From: Camelus dromedarius
Taxonomy: Eukaryota
Reading direction: 5' to 3'
DNA: 64,000 bases
NCBI RefSeq assembly: GCF_036321535.1
Contig: NC_087437.1
Location: 36,892,001-36,956,000 of the forward strand
Shown: positions 50,980-64,000 of the stretch, in pieces
Position numbering within the stretch: the stretch's first letter is position 1
Layout of the letters: each line of letters begins with the position of its first letter
The notes under the pieces: generated by a model
The model's database searches: none
Told to the model about the DNA's origin: nothing
Seen by the model: only the letters and a program-made list of their open reading frames with translations
Position numbers and translations under genes: made by a program

Positions 50980-53900
50980 ATTCAAGGACTTTCCATAATG
51001 GCATCTGCATTTTCATCGTATTTCCTGTAGGACAGCTCTCATTCATTTAGCATCACATAGTTAAAATAGCACTCATGTCTATAAATAATAAAAATAAAGA
51101 GATTCATCTACATAACGGCTCACTGCCAAGCCACCTGAATCTGGCTCTGTACCAGTCAGGAAGGTTTATAATATTAATTGATTCTATACCTTAAAAAAGT
51201 TTTCATTAATTCTCCTTTTAATATCAAAACTAATTTAACATTTAAAAATTTGAATTTGTTTAAAAACAAGTTGTTATTTCTAATGAAAAAGAATAGTATT
51301 CATCTAGAATATTTTTAAAAACAAAAGAAAGTTCAGTTTTCCTTTCTTTCTTCAGACCAGACTCCAAATTCTAAATGCTTTGTTACTGCCTCTGACCCCA
51401 CAAAATTTTTGACAAAAAAGCCCACATAATTTAACCAGTAAAATATGTGTGTTTTTGAAATCCTCATTAAAATATTAAAATGAAAAACTAAGGAGGTAAA
51501 ATTTGCTGCCGAAAATGTTGGTTTGCAGCATGTCAATTACTAATGTTTTTCTATCCATCCTTTTTAGTCCAACTGCTGTCTGACCCATTCATGAATTCCT
51601 TTATAACTGTTTGGGTTCAAGTGGATGTCCGCCAGTGAAATCCCCCAAAATTATTGTTTATGCACTTATTTAAGTATGTAGTCAAGATTATTTTGTACAA
51701 TGAAAGAGGAACAAAATAAAACCATAGTGTCTGACAGGCAGCAAGAAGACTAGTTTAATAGAAATAGAAGTTTTGCATCTGAGAGCAGTTGGAGATAAGG
51801 TTTGAAATTTGAATGGGCATATTGTATGTAGGCTTTAATTTATTGGTAATAAAACAGTGCAGAGTTTTCAGTATGGGAATAATGGGATGGATTCAAGTTA
51901 TGAATTTGTTAATGTATAGGGAGTAGAAAAAGAGAAAAACATGAATATATGTATGTGAAGGAATGGACGGATGGATAGATATGTTCATGACTTTCCTAAC
52001 CAGATTGCTTGTATTTGTTTTTTCTTTAGATTATCTTATTACTCTTTTATATCACCAAAGGACACAGGAACTGATGATATGCTGGCTTTAGAGTAGATTT
52101 TTAATCAATGCTCATTGAATTGGAAGGAATTGTATTATTAAGTCAAATATCTTTAAGCAGTTGTTCTCTTGATCATGTGCAGAACCATCTGATTTTCTCT
52201 GTGAAGATCCAATAGGAATCACACAGATGGATGCACATGAAAGCAATACAGACTATCATACACTGAAGTGAACAGTTGAAAGTTTTCATCTAGGATGCTT
52301 ATACTCACTACATTAACCTCTGTAATTAAATAGACCTCTTTGTATAATACACAATTGAATTCTCTAATAACACTAACATAATCAATATAATGGGTGAAAT
52401 TTGGGTTAATTTGAACATGAAATTACTTGTTTCCTAAGGTTAGGATTAAATTAAGGCAGCCATTTCAAGCAGTGATTAAATCAACAGAAATAGTCGCCTA
52501 TAAACAAAGTTTTAAAATGCATATGCACACAGACATCAAGTGTGATTCTTTAAGAACATTTATTACTTTCTAACATGAGGGGAGATATACTTACTTTACC
52601 AATTGATGTTTTATTCAGTATATCCAGTACTTGCTTTAAAGGATATATGAGCTTTAAATAGCCTATAAATCTGTTTTTTAAATGCTCACTGGGCATTGCT
52701 TTAAACTAAAGTTTATAAAACTGAAAGTTTATAAAACATACACACATATTCACATTTTCATAAACTTTCATAGTTTATATATGTAATAAAAGTACACACA
52801 GACATGCATCTCCACTACATGTATATATCCTTGCTTTAGAACTCAAAATGTACTGGCTGAGACAGGGTGCCTGGAAATGAAAATCACATAAAAAAAAAAG
52901 AAAAGGGTGTCAATTCATCCAGAACTCATCACAAGAAAATGTATCCAAGATGTTTGGAAATATGTTACCTCAGTGAGGCCAAGGTGTAGAGGAGGATGAA
53001 CCAAAATAGAGGGTTTGCATTTTAAAGGTGGAAATTTAAGGGGAAAATGAGGTTAGGCAAAAAAGTTGTTGACGGTCCAGATGATCTGCTATTGCTGAAC
53101 AGGGAGCCATATGACCCTTTGAGGAAGGAATTTAAGTAAGGGAAGATAGGCAAAGTGATTGCTGGGTTGAATGTGTTTAAGCAACAAGTGGCCTGGGAGT
53201 GAGAGAGCAGATAACTAGGATCAGGAGTCAGATATCATTGTAGATAAAAGTTTTGGGTGTGAGACTGTTTTGAATGATGGCAGGATCCAGGGTGTATCTG
53301 TTGTCGTGCATCTTTGAATATGGAGACGATACAGTTGAAGCTAAGTTGATGGGCTGCTTTTGCCCATCTATTCACCCAACATAGAGTGCCCATATGTACT
53401 TGTTCATCTGGACCAACCTGGATTATACCTGATGTCATGATGTAATAATCAATAACATTCTCTTTCACTTTCAGATTTTACTAATTTGAATATAACTTAT
53501 ACGATCATCTTAACTTTGACCCAGTAAACCAGCTCTACAAAGATGAGGTGGAATGGCCTGGAATTCTTTAGAGTAAGGGATAAAAGAGAGAAAATGGAAG
53601 AGAAGTAAAAGTTGATGTTTTGAACAGGAGCTGAACAAGGACTTTTGTGTGAGGAAGAGTAACAGGTTGGAAGCCATCCAAACTTATCTCCTATTTCTCC
53701 TCAGCAGGGCTGTTTTTGCACTAGTCTGATTTATTCTATGATCTTAGTGCATGCCCTCTACTTCATCATGAACTTTATTTGTACTATACCCCTACTGAAA
53801 TAATGTTTTTCTCTTTCTCTTCTTCAAACAGTTCCCTCAAATGTCCAAAGCCTAGTTCAAAAATGACCTCAATAAAATACCTTTAAGTAATATGAATAAA

Positions 53901-56399
53901 TAGTAATCCAAACTGTGATTCAAGAAGGCTGCAGCATTTAATTTTTGTTGGCCTTGTCTTGCAGAATATACACCAGGTCCTGGTGAACTTCCAGGAAGTT
54001 AATAGTCTCCAGTAACTGTTAAAACTGCAAAAGTAGTCTGGTGAGATGTATTTGATGCTAATACTTAGTCTCAAAGGTAAATGTCAGTTCAGCTCAGTAT
54101 TGAGGTGTGTTAAGTCTAATCGTGCATACTCGGCTTTTATCCTTTAGTCAAGGGATGGAAATTACACTTGCTGTTTCTGGTATGCTAGGTGGATTTGCAT
54201 GGAAACTACTAGGATTATAAAGTTTATTATAAATGTGGCCTCTTTGTGTCTTGCCACATACAGGTATACCAGTGTCTAGGTTAATGTCTCTAAGTTGAGA
54301 AATTTTGCATCAAGAAAACATACAATAAAAGTTAAGAAAGATATTTGGAGGTGTTTGTTGATGTGGGTGTTTTGGTTTTGTTCTGTTAGGCTGGAAAAGC
54401 AACAAACCAACTCTTTTTGCTACTAAATTTTAACCTCTTATCCTTGAAATTCTTTATCTTAGATTTTTCTTTATAATTATCACACAATAGGGAGTCAGTT
54501 GCTTCCAGTTAGGAAGGAGAACCTGCCAATGCCCCATGCTGGTTGTTAAACCTCAAGAAAGTTATATCTGCACTGGAGGAAAAAGGTGATTCAGCACTGG
54601 GTTTCAGTACTAAAAACTGCTTACCAAACATTATATGCAATAAAAATAATTTTTCTAATTTATAGCAACTATCTTCAGATACAGAATAGTCCAAAATAAT
54701 GTAAATGTAGTCTTATTTCTTTGAAGAAAATTAAAGAACATCACTATCATGTGACTCTTTTAGAAAGTCCTCTTCGTGATTTTAAAGATTTTATAGTGAT
54801 TTCTACAAGGGAAATTTCACTTGTTTTTACTGGGAAAATACTTACTTTCAACAAAACTCTAAAGTAAATACATAGGCTTTTTATTTTTAAGAAATGAAAA
54901 ATATGTGGCTGGACTAAATTGTATGGAGATATCCTTTCATCATAATGATGTCCCCTTAAGCCTACAATTCTATTTTACTATCTTTTAGGTTATATATCAG
55001 TTGAAACTCACATATTGTGTGTATTCATTTTTCAATAGAACTATTTAAATTACACAAACGAGATGAGTGACTGAAGAATTTTCAAGTGAACCAAATGATG
55101 TGTTAAACTTTTTAAATGAACCAAATTTGGTGTTAAATCAGACACTAGTTCTTTCATAATTAGGCATTTCTAGTATTTCTGATACTTATAATAAAATTAA
55201 GTGGAAATAATCTTATGAAAGCTTTTATTATAGAATGCATATATATGTCATGTAATGCAAATATTAAAACATTTGAATGAACTGTAATCATTTAAACTTC
55301 TCCATTAGTTAATTTCACCATTAGTTACCATCTAATCTGTTTCATTCCAGCTTTTCATCTCTATGAATACATGATATGATATGTGTTTGTGTGTCTTTTT
55401 TGACCACATAGATGGTTCCAAAACCACTGATACAATCACTGGCATCCTTATATGCTTGTGGTATTTTTTGTCCCCTGTCTAAATTCTTTCAGTATAAGAA
55501 TTGTTTGAATTTTAGCTTTTCAATATTGTATCTTCATATTAAAAATATTTTCTTAATGAATCATAAATTTCATAAACTTAATTTTCACATGTTCTGGCGT
55601 TTGGCCAGATTGTTAGTAATGCCAGAATTCCAAATTTAATCTTGATAATCTTGACATTTTGATAGTCTGGCTTTGGGATGAGAATTGAGGAGGCTAATTC
55701 CAGATGTTCTTCCCAGAGAAATGATTGGAAGACGTAAAATCTAGCACAAGAAGCAAGATATATTTTGGAAAGGTGAAGTCAAGATTGAAAGACAGGGGCT
55801 TCTCTTAAAGGGCTGGTAGCATATCTTCCTACTGACATATAATATCTGCTGTGAAACTGCATCAGCCAGTTACATATGGTGAACGGCATTCTTTAGAATA
55901 CATTGAAAAAATATTTAAATAAAAAGATGTTCATTAATTTGCCTTATAGAGTAATAATTGGACATTTGAGGTACTTATTTTGAATTTAGTGAAAATGAAG
56001 TTTCCAATTTAGTCTTTAAACATTATCAGAATGATGACAGACTTTGTGAAATACTGTTATTTACTTCCACTCACTTAAGTCACTTTAGGAAGTACTCATT
56101 AATGAATAGTTCTGTAACTTTGACAATAAAATGATGTAAGAAAGTAAAGAACACATGCTTGACATTTCTTTTCAGTTGGCTAAACTTGAAAGTCAATCTC
56201 ATTTCAGCCATGTTGTCCTCCTGTGTTGTTGGCCAGGTTTTCTACACTATTTGAAATGGGAAAATAATTGTGTTTTACAAAGATTTTTTGAAAAATGGCT
56301 ACATTGAAGGATGGATGATAAGCACTTAGCCTAATGCTGCTACATGTTTTACATTCAAAGCAATTATTATCATTATTCTTATTACTGCTATTACTAATT

Positions 56400-57600
56400 G
56401 TATTATCTGTGTTATTTATGGGTCTGTTTCTATTGATTTTTTTTTCTCATTAAGATTTATATTTCCATGCTTCTTTACATGCTAGGTAATTTTTTATTGA
56501 ATATCAGACATTGTAAATTTTATGTTATTGTGTCTGAGAATTTTTGTGTTCTCTTAAATATTGTTGGATTTTGTTCTAGGGTTTAGTTAAATTATTTAGA
56601 AACATTTTGATGGTTTTCATGTTTGCTTTTAAGCTTTGCTGGACAAGCCCTGAATAGCCTTTATGGTAAATTTGGCCCCAGTACTGAGAACACTGCTTGA
56701 TGTCCCATGCATTTGAAGAACTTTCCACTCTGGTTGTTCAGAGCATGAACTGTTCGTAGCTCCGTATGATCTTCAGTGATGTTCTGCCTGCTTCTTTCCA
56801 GAAAACTTTCTCTGGTTATGAGATGATGCCTCATGAACGTGTGCCAGTCAGTATTCAGATAAAGATAGGAGGAAAATCCTCTGAAGACTCCCTCTCTGTG
56901 TAACTCTTTCCATTCTGTCATTCTGCCTCACGTATTCTAGCCACCTTCTTCTCCCTAAACTCTATACGGTGTTGTGTCTCCTCAATTCAGGGAGATCAGG
57001 AAGCTCTGTTTACACATCCTGACCCTGAATTTCCTCCTAGAAATTTCCTCCAAGAAATGAGCTTGAACAACCTTAGGGACTCACTTTATTTGTTTCCCTT
57101 CTTTCAAAGATTACTATCCTGAGATGCCTGTTGTCCAGTGAGAAAAATATGTTTCATACACTTTGTACATTTTTTGTTTGTTTCAGTTGGGAAGCAAATC
57201 CAGTCTGTTATTCCATCACAGCTAAGACCATTTCCACATAAAGATCTCTTAAAAACACTTTATCGTCTTTGAAACTGTAGTTAGACTTTGACTTCTTTGA
57301 CGACAACTTCTCCTCCTTCTCCTCCCCGCCTCCTTCATTTTTGTTGTGTATCTCATTACCCAGAAGTGTGTCTGTATTTTTGTCCTTAAGTTTTTTGCAC
57401 AAAACAGTTTGTCAAGTAACTTTAATTTTTATTCTATTTTATTGATTTCAGGTTTTATCTTTATTAGTTCTTTCTTTAGGATTAGGTATTTATGTTGAGG
57501 TTTTTCCCCTTAGTTTCTTGAAATGAATGCTTTTTCAGAAATTATTTTGTATTTTTCATGCTTTTGAATAAATGCATTTAAAGTTTCCCCTTTCTGACCT
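56400..57600 (-). mobile_element. Old L1 5'-region and ORF2 fragments
   Basis: ttccatgcttctttacatgctaggtaattttttattgaatatcagacattgtaaattt; gagatgcctgttgtccagtg. Confidence 0.65.
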
Positions 57601-58364
57601 TTAGAGGAATAACTGTATTGCGCCTTTGTTATTTATTTTACCCAATCTCCTGATTTAATTCTCATTTAAGTCTCATGGGATGCTTATTAAATCCTCCATT
57701 CCCATTCCATTGCCTATTGAGACATTCCACATTATTTTCCTTTCTTGTGGCTTGAAAACGTAGCTGCTTCAAGGTGTAACTGCCTATAAGCAGAACCATA
57801 TTTATTTTAGGTTTCCAATGGCTTTAAGTAGCATGAGCTTAGGCCCCCTAGGTATGTATAAACATCATGGTGCTTCAGGTATAGCTCAGCAACTTCCTCT
57901 TGTGAAGAGTGAGTCTACTTTCTCCTGTTACTAGGGGGGAAAATATAATTTGCCAAAAGGAATATTTTTTTCCTAAAATTACACAATTTAATCTGTATAA
58001 GAGATTCTTAGAGACTTATTGTAACTTTGTACCTATTCAAAAAAATGAAACTCTGGCAAGATTATGTTAAAAACTGACTCTATTCTGTGATGATACTTAA
58101 TTTTTGTGTTTTTTTGTTTTTGGTGATGATACTTGGTTTTTAAAGGCCCACGCATTACAACCTTCTGAGCCATCTAGGATACTCAAATATTTGTGTCTGA
58201 GTCTCTAAGTACGACCTTTCTATTTCTTTCTTGATGGTAGTGGAGGTGGGTTTCAATTCTTCATGCTTTTTTCTCTTCATTTTAATGAGGCTAGGACAAA
58301 ATAAAGAAATCCAGGTAGCCACTGGCTATCTTGACCCAGAAGTTTAAGGATCATTTTAAACCCC

Positions 58365-58761
58365 TATAGTGATTGTTACGTGCCATATAGGTTCCCTCGG
58401 CTGCCAGGAATGTTGCCTGCTGATAGCTCATAGCTGAGTCCCACTCCAGGAAATTTCCTTTGTAAAGGGAAGTGTCTTACCCAAGTTACGCTCTCTCCCT
58501 GGCGTGGCCCTTGTCTAATGCCTCGTGCCAGCGTGCAGCCTCTTTACCTTGATTCATGACAACTTTGAAGGACCATGTGAGTTCCTGAGTTTCCCCTTCC
58601 AGCCACTGAGGCTTTTGCTGCAACTTCATTGCAGTTCAGCCTCTCCCTCTGCACAGCCCTGCTGCCCTCACTCTGCCACAGGTGGTGTTGAAACTTTCTT
58701 AAACTTGTGCATCCAAAACTCCATTTCAATGTCGGTTTCCTTTAGATTCTAACCTAAGACA
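58365..58761 (+). mobile_element. LTR16-like ERVL LTR
   Basis: ctgatagctcatagctg; gacaactttgaaggacca; gcagttcagcctctccctctgcacagccctgct; 3' end aacctaagaca. Confidence 0.8.
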
Positions 58762-58959
58762 AACTATTTAATATTCTTTTATATCAAATATATCATGCTT
58801 GGATTTTGTGATTTACAATCCTTGTGTATACATATTTATTGGTGTTTTCACTTAATCTTTTGCCTTTGCTTCTAAGTTTTAAAAGGTGATATCCCTTAAA
58901 AAAAAAAAATGCTCAGTAACCTGAACTTTGTATCTAATCTTTCTTTGCCCCAAGGAATT

Positions 58960-60050
58960 CAATGGAATACTTATCCCCCTTCTCAATTCTAACCATGTAC
59001 ATTCCTTTCATCTTCAAAACATGCTTCTCCCCGTCATTACCTTTTAGTTATTACTCTACCTTGTTCACTGGCCTCACAAACTTTTACAAAAAGTAGTTTT
59101 ACACTCTCTCCTACAATCTAATTTTCACACCTACCTATGTTGAAAATGCCCACTCTAAGAAAGTGACAAGTAACTTTTTGATAAAACAAATAATTTTTTA
59201 AGCATTTTGATGGATTCCTCTGCAGTAAGAATAGTTTATAATTCCCTTTATTCTGAAGCTCTTTCCTCCCTTCATTTCTATGAAAAGTCTTCCTCTGGAC
59301 ACTTTTTCTCAATATTCTTACTTCTTTTTTTACTATTTCATTCCATAAATACTGGCATTCCTCACAGGCTGACTGTGTTACTTTTCCTTTCTCATTCTTT
59401 GCAATCAACTAACTACAGCCTCTGTGCTGACGACACACAGATCTGTAACATTTGTCTAAATCTCATGCCGGGGGGTCCAGATTCAAATATCCAGTTAAAA
59501 TTTACCAACTCCAATGTGACATTCATAGACATCTCACAATTAACATGCCCCAAACAGAACAAAACCTGTTTCATCATTCTCTCTCCCAGATAAAAAACAT
59601 TTTCTGTAGTTGCCTACTTCAGTAAATGACACCAGCATTTTGTAGAGTTACTCAAACAGGATTGTTGCTGTAAAATATGCCTTTCTTTTCTAATCAATCA
59701 TCAAGGCACACCAACAACTTAATTAAAAAACAAGTCTCCCTCCCTTAGCTCTATTTCTTGCCATACTGTTTAAAATTATGTGCCTGAGATTTTGCACTTA
59801 AGTTACTACAACTACCTTCAAATGTTCTGTAAGCTCATATCCTTTCCAAGTCTCCAACACACTCACTACCACTGTCAAGCAATTTATTTCCTAATATTCA
59901 AAATTACCCCTACAAGTAAAATCTTTACTGTCACCTAATTTCATACAGGAATCATTGTAAATTCTTTAGCAGGGCACATAATGCCAGCATGGTCTGAACC
60001 TTACAAAAACTTCCAATTTCACTTCAGAATGTGCCCCCTGCCTTCCAATT
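58960..60050 (+). mobile_element. L2 LINE fragments
   Basis: actacagcctctgtgctgacgacacacagatctgta; catctcacaattaacatgcccc; ttcagtaaatgacacca. Confidence 0.6.
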
Positions 60051-60124
60051 TAAAAATACTTAAAAAACGAAAGCAAATAAAAATTTATAGCCATCAGACT
60101 TCACTTTATCTGTCACAAATATGT

Positions 60125-62345
60125 GTTTAAAAATGTGGTAAGAACACTTAGCAGGAGATATATACCCTCTTCCATTTTTAAGTGCACAGTACACAAGATT
60201 GTACACCATAACACTGTACAAAAGATCTCTAGAACTTAGCTTGTACAACTGAAACTTCATATCTGTTAAACAGCAACTCCTTACTTCCTCCTTCCCATAA
60301 CCCCTGGCAACCACCGTTCTACTCTGTTTCTGAATTTGACTCTTTTGGACACCTCTTTTAAGTGTAATTGTACAGTATTTGTCCTTCTGTGATTGGCTTC
60401 TTTCATTTTAGCATAATGTCCTCAAAAATCCATTAGTAGTATATGATAGGATTTTCGTCTTTTTTAAGGCTGAATAGTATTTCATTATATGTAAAGACCA
60501 TATTTTTACCATCCATTCATCCATCAGTGGACATTTAGGTTGTGTTTTCATCTCTTGGCTATTGTAAATAATGCTGCAATTAACATGGTAGTGCAGATAT
60601 CTCTTCAACATACTAATTTCAATTACTTTAGATAGATACCCAGAAGTGAGATCTCTGGATGATATGGTAATTCTATTTTTAAATTTTTAAGTAACCTCCA
60701 CACTGTTTCCCATAGTGACTGAATCATTTTACATTTCCTACAGCAGTGTACAAGGGTTCCATTTTCTCCACATCCTCATCAACACTTATTATCTTTTGTT
60801 TGATAATAGCCATCCTAACAACTGTGAGGTGATTATCTCATTGTAGCTTGATTTTTATTTCCCTAATTAGTGATGTTGAGCATCTTTTCATATACCTGTT
60901 GGCCGTTTGTATGTATTTCTTTGGAGAAACACCTTTTCAGGTCCTTTACCCAATTTTTGATTAAGTCATTATTTATTTATTTATGGTTATAGGAGTTATT
61001 TGTATATTTTGCTTATTAATCCCTTATCAGATATATGATTTGCAAATATTTTCTTCTGTTCTGTAGGTTGCCTTTGTACTCTGCTGATGATTTTCTTCCC
61101 ACTCTGCAGATTTTTACTTTGATGCAGTTTCATTTGTCTAATTTTGCTTTTGTTACTTGTGCTTTGGGTGTCATATCTAAGAAATCATTGCCCAGACCAA
61201 TATCCTGAAGCTTTTCCCCTAAGTTTTCTTCTAAGAGTTTTACAGTTTGGGGTCTTATGTTTAAATTTCTAATCCATTTTGAGTTGATTTTGTTTATGGC
61301 GTAAGGGTCCAGTTTCATTCTTTTGCATATGGATATCCAGTTTTCCCATCACCAGTGTTTCCCATTGTGGATTGTTAGTACCCTTGTCAAAGATCAGTTG
61401 ACCATAAATATGTGACTTTATTTCTGGCCTCTCTTTTCTGTTTCACTGGTATATATGTCTGTTTTTATACCAGTATCATACTGTTTTGATTACTCTGTCT
61501 TTATGTTTTAAAATCAGGAGGTGTGATGCCTTCATCTTTGTTCTTTTTTCTCAAGATTACTTTGGCTATTCTGAGTTTCTTGTAGCTCCATATGAACTTG
61601 AGGATTATTTTTTCTATTTCCGTAGAAAATACCATTGGGATTTTGATAAAGAGTACACTGAATCTGTAGATTACTTTGGGTAGTATATGTATTTTAACAA
61701 TATTAAGTCTTTCAGTCCATGAGCATGGGATGTCTTTTCATCAGTGTATAAGTCTTTCACCTAGTTGGTTAAGTTTATTCCTAAATATTTTATTCTTTCT
61801 GATTCTGTGTAAATGAAATCTTTTTTTTAATTAAGAACAGTCTTTTTGAGATAATTCATTGTGTACAGAAATGGAACTGATTTTCGTATGTTTTGTATCC
61901 TGCAAATTTATGGAATTTATTATTTCTAACAGTTTTCTCATGGAGTCTTTAGGATTTTCTGCATGTAAAACCACATCATGTGCAAGCAGAGGTAATTTTA
62001 CTTCTTCCTTTACAAGCCCTTTCTTTCTTTCTTTGCCTAATTGTTTTGGCTAGGACTTCCAAAATTACAGTGAATAGAAGTGGTGAGAGTGGGCATCTTT
62101 GCCTTCTGTTAATTTTAGAGGAAAAGCTTTCAGTTTAGCACCATTGAGTATGTTATTAGCTGTGGGTTTTTTATATATGGACTTTATTATATTGAGACAA
62201 ATTCCTTCTATGCCCAGTTTGTTGAGGATATTGTATTATGAAAGGATGTTGAATTTTGTAAAATGCTTTTTCTGCTTTTATTGAGAAGATCGTGTGATTT
62301 TTTTATTCTTCCTTTTGTTAATGTACTATATCACAATGATTAGTA
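60125..62345 (-). mobile_element. L1MA-type LINE-1, 5'-truncated ~2.2 kb (3'UTR plus degraded ORF2 C-terminus)
   Basis: Minus-strand ORF 61130-61318 (KLDPY...KINSKWIRNLNIRPQTVKLLEENLGEKLQDIGLGNDFLDMTPKAQ) is L1 ORF2; QPKCPLMDEW motif at 60408-60611; L1MA 3' end at 60125. Confidence 0.93.
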
Positions 62346-62349
62346 TTGA

Positions 62350-63378
62350 TTTTATTTTTGAATTTGTATATCTTAAGTAAGTTCTGATGGAACAGTGCAA
62401 CATGGGATGGGATATCAGAACTTATGGTAATGTGTGGACCCTTTTCCATAGCCTCTGATCTCTGTAGGAGGGATCCTCAGCTGCCCATTCCCTCACTTTC
62501 TAGTGTCACAGGACTACCCAGCTTTCCAGTCCCAAAGCCCTACCCAGAGAGTGATTCTTATGGTCTTCAGCCTGGGCTCAGGCTCTGGGAGGGTGAGGAT
62601 TGGGCTCATACACCTCACAGAGTCTGGAGGAGGGGCATGGTGGCAGTAGTTCTCTCTCGGGCTGGCAGTTTCTGGCCCAGGTACCTAGGTACATAGCATG
62701 TTCCAGGGCAGAGGCTGCAGTATCCTTGGGGGTCAGTCACCTGTTGTGTGTTCCTGCATCTGGCCTGTAGAAAGAGATGACTGTCTCCCTTCCCCACTTT
62801 GATAGGGTCAAGGCTTATCAGTTCAGTGATTGGCAGGAAATGAATGTAGCATTCTTCAAGCCAGAACATGTATGTGTGCACCTCGCCTCCGCATGCCTAC
62901 TCCCAGGTTAGAGAATTTTTCATAAGTATCCTGTGCTTCAGAGGGCTTTTCCTCAGACCCTGTCAGTGCATAGGAGGACATTCTATCTCTCTTTTCAAAC
63001 TTTCTGAATCTGTCATGTATTAGTCTGTTTTGGTCAGCTCAGGGCACACTCTACAGAAGAACAAAGAAATACAGATTGTGTAATTTTGATGATTCCACAT
63101 AAATGTTAAATGCTCAGATATTTGCATTTGAAAGCTGCATTGCAATATATAGAGATCAATTTCATGCTAATAATTTAAGTTTTTAATTTTTCTTCACTTT
63201 GAAAAACATGAATACCAAATAAAAAAACACTGTGGCTAAATGGAGGAAAAAAAGACTACAAAAGAAAGAAAATGACCTCATTTTTAGTACCTATAACAGC
63301 CCTTTTCTCCTGTTTTGGAGCAAGGGACTCTGCATTTTCATTTTGCATGAACCTCACAAATCATGTCCCTGATCCTGA
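62350..63378 (+). mobile_element. MER45-family hAT-Tip100 DNA transposon, left end missing
   Basis: Right end gagcaagggactctgcattttcattttgca...cacaaatcatgt...cctg; ttgtgtaattttgatgattccacat...atatttgcattt; CpG-decayed GC-rich interior. Confidence 0.7.
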
Positions 63379-63394
63379 GTGAAATGTATGCTGA

Positions 63395-63530
63395 TTATTA
63401 AAACTGTTTTCCTCAGGACGAAGCTGAGGCTCAGAGAGATTTGGTAATTTTGCCAGCATCACAAGATGTTAAATAGGAGTGTCAGAAATGGTAACAAAGT
63501 CCTCTGATCCACGAACATATGCTCTCAAAC
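63395..63530 (-). mobile_element. MIR SINE fragment
   Basis: gacgaagctgaggctcagagagatttggtaattttgccagcatcaca. Confidence 0.65.
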
Positions 63531-63571
63531 ACTGTGGCATAATAATTCATCCCTTGTAGTTAAAATGGAAA

Positions 63572-63650
63572 GTGATGATGATGATAATGATGATGATAAT
63601 GGCGGTCGTGCTATCACTACCACTGATAAAAATGATGATTTGAATAATGA
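63572..63650. repeat. Degenerate (GAT)n microsatellite
   Basis: gatgatgatgataatgatgatgataat. Confidence 0.8.
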
Positions 63651-64000
63651 GTCAAGATTTGAATCTAGACAGATTCTATAGTATCTTCTAAATAATTTAA
63701 GTGACAGAATATGCACAGACTAACAATTAAGAACTTCTATCTCTATACTTTGTGGCTCACATATATTATAAGTAAAAATATATTTTATATATTATTATTA
63801 TTTACCTAAACAGGAAAGCAATTCAATCTTTCAATTTCTGTTAGCTTTAGTTTGCTTGTTACCTACCATCTTAATGTCATATAATGACCATAGGTATGTG
63901 GAGTGGATGGTGATCATCACCATGTAGATGTTTACATCAGAAGATTTCTAAGTGAGGCAGTGACTATATGGCTAAGTCTTTGTGTAGATTTTCAAAGGAC

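Noticed and set aside
59207..59593. Longest ORF (128 aa), containing SLCADDTQI
   Set aside because: The ADD motif is the decayed RT active-site region (YADD) of an L2 remnant, not a host gene.
62388..62960. GC-rich block with 88-90 aa ORFs and a minus-strand 24-nt micro-exon-like pattern
   Set aside because: Explained as the CpG-decayed interior of a MER45-family transposon.

Overview
AT-rich (roughly one-third GC by eye), CpG-depleted mammalian non-coding DNA, almost certainly from a camelid, because it carries two tRNA-Ala-derived Vic-type SINEs. It contains one 200-N scaffold gap. I recognise no protein-coding gene, RNA gene or CpG island, and the listed ORFs are chance frames or L1/LTR remnants. 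Much of the window is interspersed repeat: old and lineage-specific L1, L2, MIR, MaLR/ERVL and ERV1 solo LTRs, and hAT DNA transposons (MER63, MER58A, MER45). L1s are strongly biased to the minus strand, which hints at a large intron of a plus-strand transcript. The most notable structure is a pair of 458-bp, ~96%-identical MER41-like solo LTRs in direct orientation 7.3 kb apart. They mimic a provirus but each has its own TSD. Also notable are an older MER41-like LTR with STAT-like motifs, a young LTR with duplicated GATA-bearing U3 repeats, a pair of abutting palindromes containing a GAS/ETS site inside a candidate non-coding exon, and a four-tetrad G-quadruplex motif. I found no convincing new biological system. 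Repeat family names come from recalled consensus similarity, and the boundaries of old repeats are approximate.
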